In this document: positions 54,015 through 64,000 of the stretch, in pieces
How positions within the stretch are numbered: the first letter of the stretch is position 1
Layout of the letters: each line of letters starts with the position of its first letter
Source: Spirochaetia bacterium
GTDB taxonomy: Bacteria > Spirochaetota > Spirochaetia > SZUA-6 > Bin103
Reading direction: 5' to 3'
NCBI GenBank assembly: GCA_965198005.1
Contig: CBDAOI010000003.1
Coordinates: 320,001 to 384,000 of the forward strand
DNA: 64,000 nt
The notes under the pieces: model-generated
Database searches by the model: none
Seen by the model: the letters and a program-made list of their open reading frames with translations, nothing else
What the model was told of the DNA's origin: nothing
Translations under genes and position numbers: made by a program

Positions 54015-54977
54015 CTACGGCAGCAGCAGCAGCTTGCCGACGGTGGCGCGGCCGGCAAGGTCGCGGTGGGCGTCGGCCGCGGCCGCCAACGGGTATTCGC
54101 GGTGGATCAGGACGTCCAACGCGCCGGCGGCGATCCACCCGAACAGCTCGGTGCTGCGGGACACCAGCTCGGCGCGGTCGGAGATATGGTCCAGCAGGCC
54201 GGGACGGGTCAGATACAGCGAGCCGTGCCGCGCCAGCAGCCCCGGGCTGAAGTCGGTAATCGGCCCGCTGGACTGGCCGTAGCTCACCAGAAAGCCGCGC
54301 CGGCGCAGGGAGGCCAGCGAGCCCTGGAGGGTGGCCTGCCCTACCGCGTCGTACACCACGTGAACCCCCACGCCGCCGGTGCGGCGCCTCGTTTCTCCGG
54401 CGAAGTCGTCGTAGCCCAGCACGTGGTCGGCGCCCAGGGCGCGCACCAGATCCGCCTTGGCGGCGGAAGAGACGGTCGCGAACACCGTGGCGCCGCGCCG
54501 CTTCGCCATCTGTACCAGCAGCCGTCCCACGCCGCCGGCAGCAGCGTGGACCAGCACCGCGTGGTCCGCCCCCAGCGGCACGGTGCTGGTGGTCAGATAG
54601 TGGGCCGTGAGTCCCTGCAGGGTAGCCGCGGCCGCCACCCTGCCGGAGATCGCGTCCGGCAGCCCGACCGCGGCCGCGGCCGGCACGATCGCGTACTCGG
54701 CGTACGAGCCGCGGATCATCGCGTAGGCGACGCGCGTCCCCGGTGCGACGCCGGTCACCCCGTCACCGACGGCGTCCACCACCCCGGCCCCCTCCATGCC
54801 GGGGGTGAACGGCGGGTCGATGCGCATCGCGCCGGAGCGCTGGTGGAGGTCGATGAAATTGACGCCTGCCGCCTCCAGCTTGATGCGAATTTCTCCCGAG
54901 CCAGGCTCGGGAACGGGTAGATCGGTCGGTACCAGTGCCTCGGGTGGGCCGGGGTGCGAAACCTGAATGGCACGCAT
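54015..54977 (-). CDS. qor: NADPH:quinone oxidoreductase (zeta-crystallin family)
   Basis: GVNFID, HAAAGGVG, YGQSSG. Confidence 0.9.
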   Translation of the reverse strand: MRAIQVSHPGPPEALVPTDLPVPEPGSGEIRIKLEAAGVNFIDLHQRSGAMRIDPPFTPGMEGAGVVDAVGDGVTGVAPGTRVAYAMIRGSYAEYAIVPAAAAVGLPDAISGRVAAAATLQGLTAHYLTTSTVPLGADHAVLVHAAAGGVGRLLVQMAKRRGATVFATVSSAAKADLVRALGADHVLGYDDFAGETRRRTGGVGVHVVYDAVGQATLQGSLASLRRRGFLVSYGQSSGPITDFSPGLLARHGSLYLTRPGLLDHISDRAELVSRSTELFGWIAAGALDVLIHREYPLAAAADAHRDLAGRATVGKLLLLP

Positions 54978-54986
54978 GGTCTCCCC

Positions 54987-55982
54987 TTAATCCCAGTCCA
55001 GCGCACCCGCGGTCTGGTATTCGGTAACGCGGGTCTCGAAGAAGTTCTTTTCCTTGTTGAGGTCCATGGTCTGCCCCATCCACGGGAACGGGTTGGGGGT
55101 CTGGTACTGGCGCGGCAGCCCGATCCGCTCCAGGCGGCGGTCGGCGACGTACTCCACGTAGTTGGCGAACTGCCCGGCATTGATGCCCAGCAGCCCGTCG
55201 GGGCAGGCATCGCAGGCGTACGCCTGCTCGAATTCGACTCCGCGCCGCACCAGACGCACGGTCTCCGCCTGCAGCTCCGCGGTCCAGGCCGCCGGATACT
55301 CCTGCTTGATGGTGTTGATCAGGTCGCACCCGAACGCCAGGTGCAAGCTCTCGTCGCGCATGATGAACTCGAACTGCTCGCCGATGCCGATCATCTTGCC
55401 CTGCCGTTTGAGGGCCAGCATCATCGCGAACCCGGCGTAGAAGAAGATGCCCTCCATGATCACGTAGTAGCCGATCAGGTCGCGCAGGAAGCGCTGCACG
55501 TTGCCGGTGCCGGCGGTGGTGAAGCCGGGATCGAAGATCGAGCGGGTGAGGTCGATCACGAATCCGTCCTTGTCGCGGATGCTGGGGATGGTGTGATACA
55601 TCGTGTAGATCTCGTCCGGATCGAGACCGAGGGAGTCGCAGCAGTAGATGAAGGTGTCGGTGTGGATCGCTTCCTCGAACGCTTGGCGCAGCAGATACTG
55701 ACGGCACTCCGGGTTGGTCACGTGGCGGTAGACCGACAGCACGATGTTGTTCGCGGTCAGCGACTCGGCGGTGGAGAAGAACCCCAGGTTCCACAGAATC
55801 AGCCGGCGCTCGGTCGCGCTGAGCACGTCGGGCGACTTCCACTGCTCGACGTCCTTCTGCATCGAGACCTCTTCCGGCACCCAGTTGTTGGCGACGCCGT
55901 TCTTGTAGTACTCGCGCGCCCACCGATAGGTGAGCGGCAGGATCTTGTTGGGGTCGGTGGTGGGGGCGCTGATGATGGCCAT
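54987..55982 (-). CDS. nrdB: ribonucleotide reductase beta subunit, class Ic (R2c) signature
   Basis: FFSTAES, EAIHTDTF, EGIFFY, RDESLH, FFETRVTEY. Confidence 0.93.
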   Translation of the reverse strand: MAIISAPTTDPNKILPLTYRWAREYYKNGVANNWVPEEVSMQKDVEQWKSPDVLSATERRLILWNLGFFSTAESLTANNIVLSVYRHVTNPECRQYLLRQAFEEAIHTDTFIYCCDSLGLDPDEIYTMYHTIPSIRDKDGFVIDLTRSIFDPGFTTAGTGNVQRFLRDLIGYYVIMEGIFFYAGFAMMLALKRQGKMIGIGEQFEFIMRDESLHLAFGCDLINTIKQEYPAAWTAELQAETVRLVRRGVEFEQAYACDACPDGLLGINAGQFANYVEYVADRRLERIGLPRQYQTPNPFPWMGQTMDLNKEKNFFETRVTEYQTAGALDWD

Positions 55983-55985
55983 CGG

Positions 55986-58904
55986 TTACTGGCAGACCTC
56001 GCAGGACTCGTCGTCGGCGCAGCCGGGCCGGGCCGCGACCGGGGCCGCGACCGGGGCCGGCGCCGCGGTCGGGGACGGCGGATCGTGGGCGGCCGCGGTG
56101 CCGTTGCCGGCCACGGCTGCCGGCACGCCGGTGCCCGCGATCGCAGCGCCGGAGCCGGCAGCACCGGCGCCCGCCGGCCGGGCTGTGGCGGCGGCGGCGC
56201 GGCGCTGGGTAAAGCCGTAGGCCGCCCCCAGGGTGGCCTTCTCCACTTGCGACGCCGCCATGGTGCGCAGGTAGTAGGTGGTCTTCAGCCCGAGCTTCCA
56301 CGCGAACTGGTAGATGTCGCTCAGCAGGCGGCCCGAAGTGCCCTGCATGAACACGTTGAGCGACTGGCTCTGGTCGATCCACTTGCCGCGCGCGGCCGCC
56401 AGCCGGAGGTACCAGCGCGGGTCGATCTCGAACGCCACCTTGTACTTGTTGCGCAGGTGCTCGGGGAGCCGGCGCATCGGTTGCAGGCTGCCGTCGTGAT
56501 ACTTCAGCTCGTCGGCGAGCTCCCGGCTCCAGAGGCCGGCGGCCCGCAGGTCCGCCACCAGGTAGGGGTTGATGACGGTGAACTCGCCGCTGATGTTGCT
56601 CTTCACGTAGATGTTCTTGTAGGGCGGCTCGAAGCTCGGGAAGCAGCCGGCGATGTTGGAGATGGTCGCCGTGGGCGCGATCGCCATGGTGTTGGAGTTG
56701 CGCATGCCGTGGCGGGCGACGTGGGCGCGCACCGGCTCCCAGTCCAGCGCGCCGCCCTGCTCCACCTCCAGCGCCAGGCCGCGCTCCTGCTCCAGGAGCT
56801 GCAGCGTGTCGTGGGGGAGCAGGCCGCGCTCCCACTTGGAGCCGGCGTAGCTGCCGTAGGGGCCGCGCTCGGCCGCGAGCCCGGACGAGGCCAGAATCGC
56901 GTGGTAGGAGATCAGCTCCATGATGCGGTCGACCGTGGTGAGGGTGGCCGGATCCTCGAACGGCAGGTCGAGCTTGAACAGGGCGTCCTGCAGTCCCATG
57001 ATCCCCAGCCCCACCGGGCGGTGCCGCAGGTTCGAGGCTCTCGCTTCCTCCGTGGGATAGAAGTTGATGTCGATCACGTTGTCGAGCATGCGCATCGCCA
57101 CGCTGACGGTGTCGGCCAGCAGCTCGCGATCGATCCCGTCCGCGCTGACGTGCTTCTCCAGGTTGACCGAGCCCAGATTGCACACCGCGGTCTCGTCGGC
57201 CGAGGTGTTGAGGGTGATCTCGGTGCACAGGTTGGAGCTGTGCACCACGCCGGCGTGATCCTGCGGACTGCGGACGTTGCACGGGTCCTTGAAGGTGATC
57301 CACGGGTGCCCGGTCTCGAACAGCATGCCGAGCATCTTGCGCCACAGCTTGACCGCCGGCAGGGTGCGGTGGCGCTTGAGCCTGCCGGCCCGGGCCAGCT
57401 CCTCGTAGTGGCAGTAGCGCTGCTCGAAGCGGCGCCCGTACAGCTCGTGCAGATCGGGCGTCTCGTCGGGCGAGAACAGCGTCCAGTCCTCGTTGGCCAG
57501 CACCCGCTTCATGAACAGGTCCGGGATCCAGTTGGCGGTGTTCATGTCGTGGGTGCGGCGCCGCTCGTCGCCGGTGTTGCGGCGCAGGTCGAGGAAGTCC
57601 TCGAGGTCCAGGTGCCACGACTCGAGGTACGCGCAGGTGGCGCCGCGCCGCTTGCCGCTGCGGTTGATCGCCAGGGTGACGTCGCTGGCGATCTTGAGAA
57701 ACGGCACCACGCCCTGGCTCTCCACCCCGGTGCTGTGGATGGTGGCTCCGGTGGCGCGGATGTTGCTCCAGTCGTTGCCCAGGCCGCCGGACCACTTGGA
57801 GAGCTGGGCGTTGTCGCTGAACGCCTTGAAGATGCTGGTGAGGTCGTCGCCGATGGTGGTCAGGTAGCAGGAGCTGAGCTGCGGGCGGCTGGTGCCGGCG
57901 TGGAACAGGGTCGGCGTGGAGGGCACGAAGCGCAGGCTGGAGATCAGCTCGTAGAAGCGGATCGCCTGCTCGTCGCGCCGCTCCTCGGCCAGCGCCACGC
58001 CCATCGCCACCCGCATCCAGAACGCCTGCGGCGTCTCCACCACCGCTCCCGCGACGCGGGTGAAGTAGCGCTCGTGCAGCGTCTGGATGCCCATGTAGAG
58101 CAGCAGGTCGTCGCGTTCCGGGCGCAGCGCCGCGGCCAGCCGCTCCAGGTCGAAGGTCAGCAGCCGGCGATCGAAGGCGCCGGCGCCGACCCCGTGCTCC
58201 AGGCCGTCGCGGAACGCCAGCCGGTAGTCGGCGGCCAGCCGCTCCCGGTGCAGCGGGGCGCCGATCACCTCCTTGTAGATGCGTTGCAGGAACAGGCGGG
58301 CGGCGAGCTGGCTGTACGCCGGGTCGCGCTCGATGAACGAGGCACAGGCCAGCAGCAGCGCCTTCTCGATCTCGGTGGTGGAGATGCCGTCGTAGATGTT
58401 GCGGATCGTCTCGCGCGCCACCTCGTCCACGGCCACCGCCGCGGCCAGGCTGGGCCCGCCGGCGCCGCTGTCTCCCGCCGCGGCGCGGCGAATGCTGCGG
58501 GTGAGCTTGGCGATGTCGAACAGCACCTTGCGGCCGGCGCGCGTCTGCACGGTGAGCCGGCCGAGCAGAGACTCGCGCGCCACCCGCTCCTTGCGCTGCT
58601 CGCGCGCCATCTGGCGCTCCGCCCGATACAGGATGTACGCCTTGGCGATCTCGTACAGGCCGTTCTTGACCAGATGCTTCTCTACGATGTCCTGGATGTT
58701 CTCGACGTTGGGGTAGAGCTCGGTGAAGCGGGTATCGAGCTCGCCGATCACGTCCGTCACCACCGCGCCCAGGGTGCCGTTCTCCAGAGTGTCCCATTGG
58801 TCGCGCGGGGCGGCGGCGCGGATCGCCTTCGAGATCGCTACGCGAATGCGTTCGCGGTCGAAGTCGACCACCTCGCCGGTCCGCTTGATAACCATCAGGC
58901 TCAT
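55986..58904 (-). CDS. nrdA: ribonucleotide reductase alpha subunit with two ATP cones
   Basis: VIKRTG and VQTRAG cone starts, SNLCTEI, CNLGS, KTTYY, C-terminal CxxC. Confidence 0.96.
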   Translation of the reverse strand: MSLMVIKRTGEVVDFDRERIRVAISKAIRAAAPRDQWDTLENGTLGAVVTDVIGELDTRFTELYPNVENIQDIVEKHLVKNGLYEIAKAYILYRAERQMAREQRKERVARESLLGRLTVQTRAGRKVLFDIAKLTRSIRRAAAGDSGAGGPSLAAAVAVDEVARETIRNIYDGISTTEIEKALLLACASFIERDPAYSQLAARLFLQRIYKEVIGAPLHRERLAADYRLAFRDGLEHGVGAGAFDRRLLTFDLERLAAALRPERDDLLLYMGIQTLHERYFTRVAGAVVETPQAFWMRVAMGVALAEERRDEQAIRFYELISSLRFVPSTPTLFHAGTSRPQLSSCYLTTIGDDLTSIFKAFSDNAQLSKWSGGLGNDWSNIRATGATIHSTGVESQGVVPFLKIASDVTLAINRSGKRRGATCAYLESWHLDLEDFLDLRRNTGDERRRTHDMNTANWIPDLFMKRVLANEDWTLFSPDETPDLHELYGRRFEQRYCHYEELARAGRLKRHRTLPAVKLWRKMLGMLFETGHPWITFKDPCNVRSPQDHAGVVHSSNLCTEITLNTSADETAVCNLGSVNLEKHVSADGIDRELLADTVSVAMRMLDNVIDINFYPTEEARASNLRHRPVGLGIMGLQDALFKLDLPFEDPATLTTVDRIMELISYHAILASSGLAAERGPYGSYAGSKWERGLLPHDTLQLLEQERGLALEVEQGGALDWEPVRAHVARHGMRNSNTMAIAPTATISNIAGCFPSFEPPYKNIYVKSNISGEFTVINPYLVADLRAAGLWSRELADELKYHDGSLQPMRRLPEHLRNKYKVAFEIDPRWYLRLAAARGKWIDQSQSLNVFMQGTSGRLLSDIYQFAWKLGLKTTYYLRTMAASQVEKATLGAAYGFTQRRAAAATARPAGAGAAGSGAAIAGTGVPAAVAGNGTAAAHDPPSPTAAPAPVAAPVAARPGCADDESCEVCQ

Positions 58905-58926
58905 GTATGTCCCCTCCCGGTTGCGG

Positions 58927-59175
58927 TCATTCCTGCCGCGTGGCCTCGGGCCAGAGCTCGCGCTGGCCGGACGCCGGCACTTCTTTTTCCAATCGGGCGA
59001 TCACCGCCAGGTACTCGCCGTCGTCGTGCGCGCGCCGCACGTCCTGTTCAATCAGCTCGATCACGCGCCGGGTCATGGCGGTTCCCCGCAGGGCGCACAG
59101 CGCCCGGAACTGCTCACGCAGTCCCAACGGCACCTGTCTGACGTTGATAGCGCCGAACGAGCGACTGCCCGCCAT
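58927..59175 (-). CDS. small ribbon-helix-helix-like protein
   Basis: AINVRQVP-LREQFRALCALRG-MTRRVIELIEQ pattern; RBS gggag. Confidence 0.65.
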   Translation of the reverse strand: MAGSRSFGAINVRQVPLGLREQFRALCALRGTAMTRRVIELIEQDVRRAHDDGEYLAVIARLEKEVPASGQRELWPEATRQE

Positions 59176-59288
59176 GGTCAACTCCCTGCGAATCTCTGCC
59201 GTCGCGGCGGCGGTCGGGCGGAAGCCGAACGACCGTCACGGACCCGAACTTACCAGAGTATCACTAGTATCATGGGCAAGCAAGCGGG

Positions 59289-59720
59289 TCAAGCGGTCAT
59301 AGCGGTCATGGTTGCGGCGGCGCCGGGGAGGCGGGGTCGATCGCGCGCATGGTCCGTCGTACAGGCCTCGACCCCGGCGCAGGAGGCGGCGGCAAACAGC
59401 GCGCCGGCCGCTCCCAGCGTCCAGCGCGCGGCCGCGGGCCGGGCCGGCCACCGCGCCCTGACCCACGCCGCGCCGCGCACCGCAAGGTCCGACCCGATCA
59501 GCAGCCACCGCGGAATCACGACGAAAATGAAGCGATATTCCTTGTGCGCCGGCACGGAATGGGTCAACAGCACCAGGGCAATCAGTCCGAGGAGCAATGC
59601 GTAACGCCGCGGTGACCCCTGCGCCCCCGCCAGGCACACTACGCTCAACCCGCCGCCGGCGAGCATCAGCCACCAGGGGAGCTGCCATGCCGGCCCCGCG
59701 TCGAGGTGCGCCGCTCATCG
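59289..59720 (-). pseudogene. Alg9/PIG-B-like (GT22) mannosyltransferase remnant
   Basis: HSVPAHKEYRFI motif between hydrophobic segments; most of the gene missing. Confidence 0.6.
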
Positions 59721-59742
59721 TCCGCCGCCCCCGGTGGCGCCG

Positions 59743-60843
59743 TCAGCCGCGGCGGCCGTCCGTTGCGCGGCGATAGACGTAGCGGTTGGCGACCACGAAA
59801 TTGACCAGGCCGCCGAGCACGACGCCGAGCACGAGCGCCAGCAGGCGGTGGCGGGCGAACAGTGCGACGAAACTGGTCAACAGCGTGTAGGTCCCGACGT
59901 TGACTCCCAGCCCGAGCACGCTGCTGACGACGAACCTGGTCCATTGCCGCGCGCGCTGGTGTCGCGGTCGCTCGTCGAAGGTCAGGGCGCGATTGATCAG
60001 CCAGTTCCAGGTCACGGACGGCCAGAACGAGGTGAACCGGGCCAGCCGGTGCTCGAGGCCGAGGCCCTGCAGCCCGAGGTAGCACGCCAGGTCGATCACG
60101 AAGCCGCTTACTCCAACGAGGCCGAAGCTGATGAAGCGCGCGGCATCGCCGTACCGGTAGCGGTACAGGCGGTGGAGATGGTGCAGGTAGTTGAGCTGCT
60201 GGCGCAGGTTCATCTTGCTCTCGCCCCGGTCGCGGTCGGCAAAGCCGATCGGCACCTCCGTGACCCGCATCCGGCCGCGCACCATCAACTCCAGCCCGAT
60301 CTTGTAGCCGATGGGGCGCAGTTGCTCCAGGTCGGGCAGCCCCCGGCGGTCGGTTGCGAAGAACCCCGACATCGGATCGGAGCAGCGCACCAGCGGCAGC
60401 GCCAGCAGGGTTGCCACGCGGGAGTTCAGCCGGCGCCGGAGGCCCCAGCCGGCATCGACTTCACCGCCCGGCGCATATCTGCTGCCGACGGCGAAGTCGC
60501 ACTCGCCGTCCAGGGCCGCGAGCAGGGCGCCGATCCGTTCGGGGGGATGTGAAAGGTCCGCGTCCATCACCACCAGCCGGTCGAACCGCGCGCGGCGGAT
60601 GCCGTGCAGCACGGACAGCGACAGGTCGCGCGGCGGGTCGCGGCGCACCTCCACGTGCACCGGGGCCTGGCGCGCCAGCTCCGCGACCACCGTCTCGCTG
60701 CCGTCCTGCGAGTCGTCGTCGACGAAGATCAGCTCCCACTCGATTCCCGCGTTCGCCAGCGCCGCCTGCACGCGCCGCACGAGCGTGGGAATGTTCGCCG
60801 CCTCCCGAAACGTCGGCACCACGATCGACACACCCTGCCCCAT
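59743..60843 (-). CDS. GT2 polyprenol-phosphate glycosyltransferase (DPM synthase-like) fused to GtrA
   Basis: VDDDSQDG, MDADLSHPP, DPMSGFF, then GtrA-like TM bundle. Confidence 0.88.
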   Translation of the reverse strand: MGQGVSIVVPTFREAANIPTLVRRVQAALANAGIEWELIFVDDDSQDGSETVVAELARQAPVHVEVRRDPPRDLSLSVLHGIRRARFDRLVVMDADLSHPPERIGALLAALDGECDFAVGSRYAPGGEVDAGWGLRRRLNSRVATLLALPLVRCSDPMSGFFATDRRGLPDLEQLRPIGYKIGLELMVRGRMRVTEVPIGFADRDRGESKMNLRQQLNYLHHLHRLYRYRYGDAARFISFGLVGVSGFVIDLACYLGLQGLGLEHRLARFTSFWPSVTWNWLINRALTFDERPRHQRARQWTRFVVSSVLGLGVNVGTYTLLTSFVALFARHRLLALVLGVVLGGLVNFVVANRYVYRRATDGRRG

Positions 60844-60866
60844 GCCGCGACCACTATACTACGCCG

Positions 60867-61799
60867 CTATACTACGCCGCCGGCTCCGGCGATCCGCAGC
60901 ACCCCGGCGTACTCTTCGACGAGGCCGTCCGCGGTCAGCGCCTGCAGCACCGCGTGCAGCCGGTCGGCCGGGAACGGGCATTGCCGGCGCAGCGCGGCCG
61001 CGGGCACCGGCGGCTGCGCTGCCAGCGTCCGGATCACCCAGCCGCGCACCTGCCGGGCGGACCCGGCGAAGGGCGACTGGCGCGCATAGTGCGCGCTGCG
61101 CCGGTTGGGATTGGCGCCGCGGCCGAGGGCGGCGCCGTAGTCCATCAGGGCGTAGTACCACTGCCGCGGCCGCCGGCGGTCCAGGGTGCGGGAGATCAAC
61201 GGCAGCAGCAGGCCATCCGGCACCGCCTCCGCGGCCGGGAAGAAGTGGTGCAGGTAGACCCGCCGGATGTTGGTTTCGATGAACACCACGGGACGCTCGA
61301 AGGCGAACGCCAGCAGGGCCCCGGCGGTAGCTTGTCCCACCCCCGGGAGCTGCAGCAGCAGGTCGCGGTCGGCCGGGAGCGCGCCGGCGTGGCGGGCGCA
61401 CACGAGCTGCGCCGCGCGCTGCAGCGCCAGCGCGCGGCGGTTGTATCCCAGGCCGCTCCAAACCTGCAGCACGCCGTGCAGCGGGGCCCGGGCCAGCGCC
61501 GCCGAATCGGGAAACCGCGTGAGGAAGCGGGGGTAATGGCGGGCCACCCGCTCCACCTGGGTTTGTTGCAGCATCACCTCGGACACCAGGATGGCGTACG
61601 GGTCCCGCGTCAGGCGCCACGCGAGCGCCCGGTAGTGCTGCCGGAAGCGGTCGTACACGCGGCGCCGAAACCGGGCGACCGCGGCCGCGGTCAGGGCCGG
61701 CGGCAGCGGCCGTGCGGGTGCGGAGCGCTGAGCGCCGGGGCCGCCGCCGGCCTCGTGTTGGTATGCCGCGCCAGCCGCCGCTCGCACCTCAGCTACCAT
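60867..61799 (-). CDS. mutY: A/G-specific adenine glycosylase, short form lacking the FeS motif
   Basis: SEVMLQQTQV, WSGLGYNRRA, LPGVG, ETNIRR. Confidence 0.85.
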   Translation of the reverse strand: MVAEVRAAAGAAYQHEAGGGPGAQRSAPARPLPPALTAAAVARFRRRVYDRFRQHYRALAWRLTRDPYAILVSEVMLQQTQVERVARHYPRFLTRFPDSAALARAPLHGVLQVWSGLGYNRRALALQRAAQLVCARHAGALPADRDLLLQLPGVGQATAGALLAFAFERPVVFIETNIRRVYLHHFFPAAEAVPDGLLLPLISRTLDRRRPRQWYYALMDYGAALGRGANPNRRSAHYARQSPFAGSARQVRGWVIRTLAAQPPVPAAALRRQCPFPADRLHAVLQALTADGLVEEYAGVLRIAGAGGVV

Positions 61800-61979
61800 G
61801 GAATCTCGCCACTTCGATCATCGCCGGCGCCGGTCCCGCGGGACCAGCCTGCTCCATCGCCGCCACGAGTATACCGGTATACCGAGCGTTGGCCGGTCCA
61901 CTCCCGCCGGATATTCAGCAAACTCTGGAGGAGCTCGCCTCGTAACGGCCCCGACTTGACCGCGAGGACGCTCTGAGTA

Positions 61980-62279
61980 ATGCGTGCGCAGCGCCCCGAG
62001 ATCACCGCCCGCACGATCGAATCGTACCTCCACAACCTCTATCGTGCGCAGCCTGACTTCGTCTACAGCGTGTCCCGCGACTTCGCGCGATCGTGCCCCA
62101 CGCCGATCCTGGTCATGCCCGATGACGCACCATCGCACCCCTACCAGACATCCATGGACGTTGTCGCGCTGGCGCCACACGCCGAAGTTACTCCCTTCCC
62201 CTGGGCAGACCAACCCGAAACGCTAGCCCAGACCATCCAACAGGTGCGCGATTTCCTGCACGCCCACGAACCCACGTGA
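61980..62279 (+). pseudogene. alpha/beta hydrolase C-terminal fragment
   Basis: DFVYSVSRDF...PILVMPDD..HP; no N-terminal half. Confidence 0.55.
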
Positions 62280-62614
62280 GAGATTTGGGCATGTTCTTGG
62301 AGTCCCTGGGGGCCGTAACCGAGGTGCGCCCGCTCTACAATGGGCAAGGGCGCTCGCCCGCTGGACCAGACGAGCCCGGCTAGCCCCGCTCCCCCGACCG
62401 CGCCCGGCGGCCGGGCGCGAGGTGCTAAGCTGCGGTGGCGCTGCCGATAGGTGCGCCAGCGGCTAGCCGCGAGCATGCAGGTCCAACGCGCGGCGCGCAC
62501 GTCAGTTAGGGCCCCAAGACAAAGAGATGAAGGCTACGCGCGGGCCGGCTTCGCCATGGCGTTTCATGGCTCGCCTGTGGCATCGTGGCGCAACGAGGAT
62601 CCACACGCACCCAT

Positions 62615-63445
62615 ATGAGCAAGCACATGATAACCGTCGCGGTGACCGGCTCGGTGCCGACGCGCGACCAACATCCCGGCCTCCCCCACACCCCCGCGGA
62701 GATCGCCGACGCCACCTACGACTGCTACCGAGCAGGCGCCGCCATCGTCCATATCCATGTGCGCGATCCCGAGACGGGGGTCGCCACTTACCGACTCGAG
62801 CTGTTTCGGGAGTGCGTCGAGCGCATCCGCGAGAAATGCGACATCCTCATCAACCTGACGACCAGCGGCAACAACATCCCCCGTAAGAACGTGATCGAGG
62901 AACGGCTGGAGCCGGTCGAGCTCGGCACCGAGCTGTGCTCCCTCGACATCGGGTCGCTCAACCTGGGGTACCGCCCGGCGGTCTTTCAGAACCCATCCGA
63001 CTGGAGTCTGACCGCGGCGCAACGAATGCGGGAGCGAGGCGTAAAGCCGGAGATCGAGGTGTTCGACATGGGCCACGCCTGGCAGGCGCGTGCCATGATC
63101 GAGCAGGGGCTGTTCGACGATCCGCCCTATGTGCAGATCTGCATGGGAGTGAGGTGGGGCATCGAGGGGACGCCGGAGAACCTGCTGCTAATGCGCAAGC
63201 AGCTGCCCGCCGACATCCCCTGGTCGGTGCTGGGTGTGGGGCGCGCGCAGCTGCCGCTCATCACCATGGCGGTGATCCTCGGCGGACACGTGCGCGTGGG
63301 TTTCGAAGACAACCTCTACCTGCGCAAGGGGGTGCTGCTCGAGAGCAACGCGCAGATGGTGGAGGCTGCCGCCAACATCATTCAGCAGCAGCAGGGTGAG
63401 GTGGCCACCACCACCGACGCTCGCCAGATCCTTGGCATCAACTGA
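62615..63445 (+). CDS. beta-keto acid cleavage enzyme (DUF849/Kce family)
   Basis: ITVAVTG, HIHVRD, KPEIE, RVGFEDN. Confidence 0.93.
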   Translation: MSKHMITVAVTGSVPTRDQHPGLPHTPAEIADATYDCYRAGAAIVHIHVRDPETGVATYRLELFRECVERIREKCDILINLTTSGNNIPRKNVIEERLEPVELGTELCSLDIGSLNLGYRPAVFQNPSDWSLTAAQRMRERGVKPEIEVFDMGHAWQARAMIEQGLFDDPPYVQICMGVRWGIEGTPENLLLMRKQLPADIPWSVLGVGRAQLPLITMAVILGGHVRVGFEDNLYLRKGVLLESNAQMVEAAANIIQQQQGEVATTTDARQILGIN

Positions 63446-63466
63446 GCGGGCGCCATCGAGGTTCAG

Positions 63467-64000
63467 ACTAGGCTCCTCTACACCACCTCTATCCCTGGTC
63501 CGGCCATCCAGGCGCGGTGGCTGCGCCGCCTCCGCCCCCTCCCGGCCCGCCGGTAGCCCGTCGTAGCGCGCCATCATCTCCGCCGCCGTCGACAACGCCT
63601 GCGGCACCCTGCTGGTAAACAGCACCTCGTCCGGCAGCAGCGGCGGCGGCTGCTGCGGATAGCGCACATCGGGGGTGAACAGCCCGGCGCCGATGTCGGT
63701 CTGATTGACCAACGCCCCGGCGACCATGCCCAGCTCGACCTCGTTATCCCACGAATCGCGTCCGATCGCGCCCCACAGCGGCGTGCGCAGCAGCTCCAGG
63801 GCCGACCCGCCGGCCTGCTCCACCAGCTCCGGCTGCGGAAACACCTGATCGAGATCGATCTTGAAGGTGGCGCGAAGCTGGGGATCGACCACCACCTGCC
63901 AGATCGCGGCGATCGCCTTCAGGAAGTTGTAGTGGCGTGCGTAACGGCCATCGACGCCGAAGATCTGCAGCAGGGCGGCGGCATCCGGATTCTCGGCCAC
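63467..64000 (-). CDS. hypothetical protein, partial (runs off the window; C-terminus apparently degenerate)
   Basis: FGVDGRYARHYNFLKAI...FKIDLDQVFPQ reading frame. Confidence 0.5.

Noticed and set aside
53907-54015. tRNA-Leu as an integration site
   Set aside because: No integrase and no duplicated tRNA 3' end seen nearby
56010-56210. Ala/Pro-rich insert in NrdA as an intein or mobile insert
   Set aside because: No intein termini; it is the flexible linker before the C-terminal cysteines
54763-59141. Very long ORFs (1344 and 1395 aa) and similar ones at 328-2949, 20441-22390 and 35346-39666
   Set aside because: Shadow or antisense frames of real high-GC genes, with no motifs

Overview
High-GC bacterial chromosome segment spanning the replication origin, most likely Spirochaetota. 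Evidence for that: rpmH ends VSDEKKPY and overlaps rnpA, tRNA-Arg has a GCG anticodon, and dnaA-dnaN-recF-DUF721-rpmH are co-oriented. The core block contains dnaA/oriC/dnaN/recF/dciA/rpmH/rnpA/yidD/yidC/jag/gyrB/gyrA, two parS sites, parAB, a 4xSer+Arg tRNA cluster with SRP RNA, dnaX-ybaB-recR, gatCAB-aspS(ND), glnS, argF and a class Ic-type nrdAB. Between these lie patches of fused gene fragments (TA, AbiEii, IS66, IS1634, ABC permeases) and an intact SBD-HNH nuclease. Best leads: (1) a P-loop kinase-NUDIX gene with its own promoter and coupled leader ORF between perfect 22-bp direct repeats; (2) a GlnRS with remodelled ATP-site motifs (HIGH>GLGH, MSK>LHK); (3) a GTDC1/QTMAN-like glycosyltransferase directly after aspS; (4) a sigma54 promoter driving a divergent sigma-like gene; (5) an RHH gene with a tandem operator-like repeat heading the Mn/Fe RNR operon; (6) a small gene with a G17 tract between duplicated gyrA-end/parS sequences. 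All calls come from reading motifs by eye; no searches were run.
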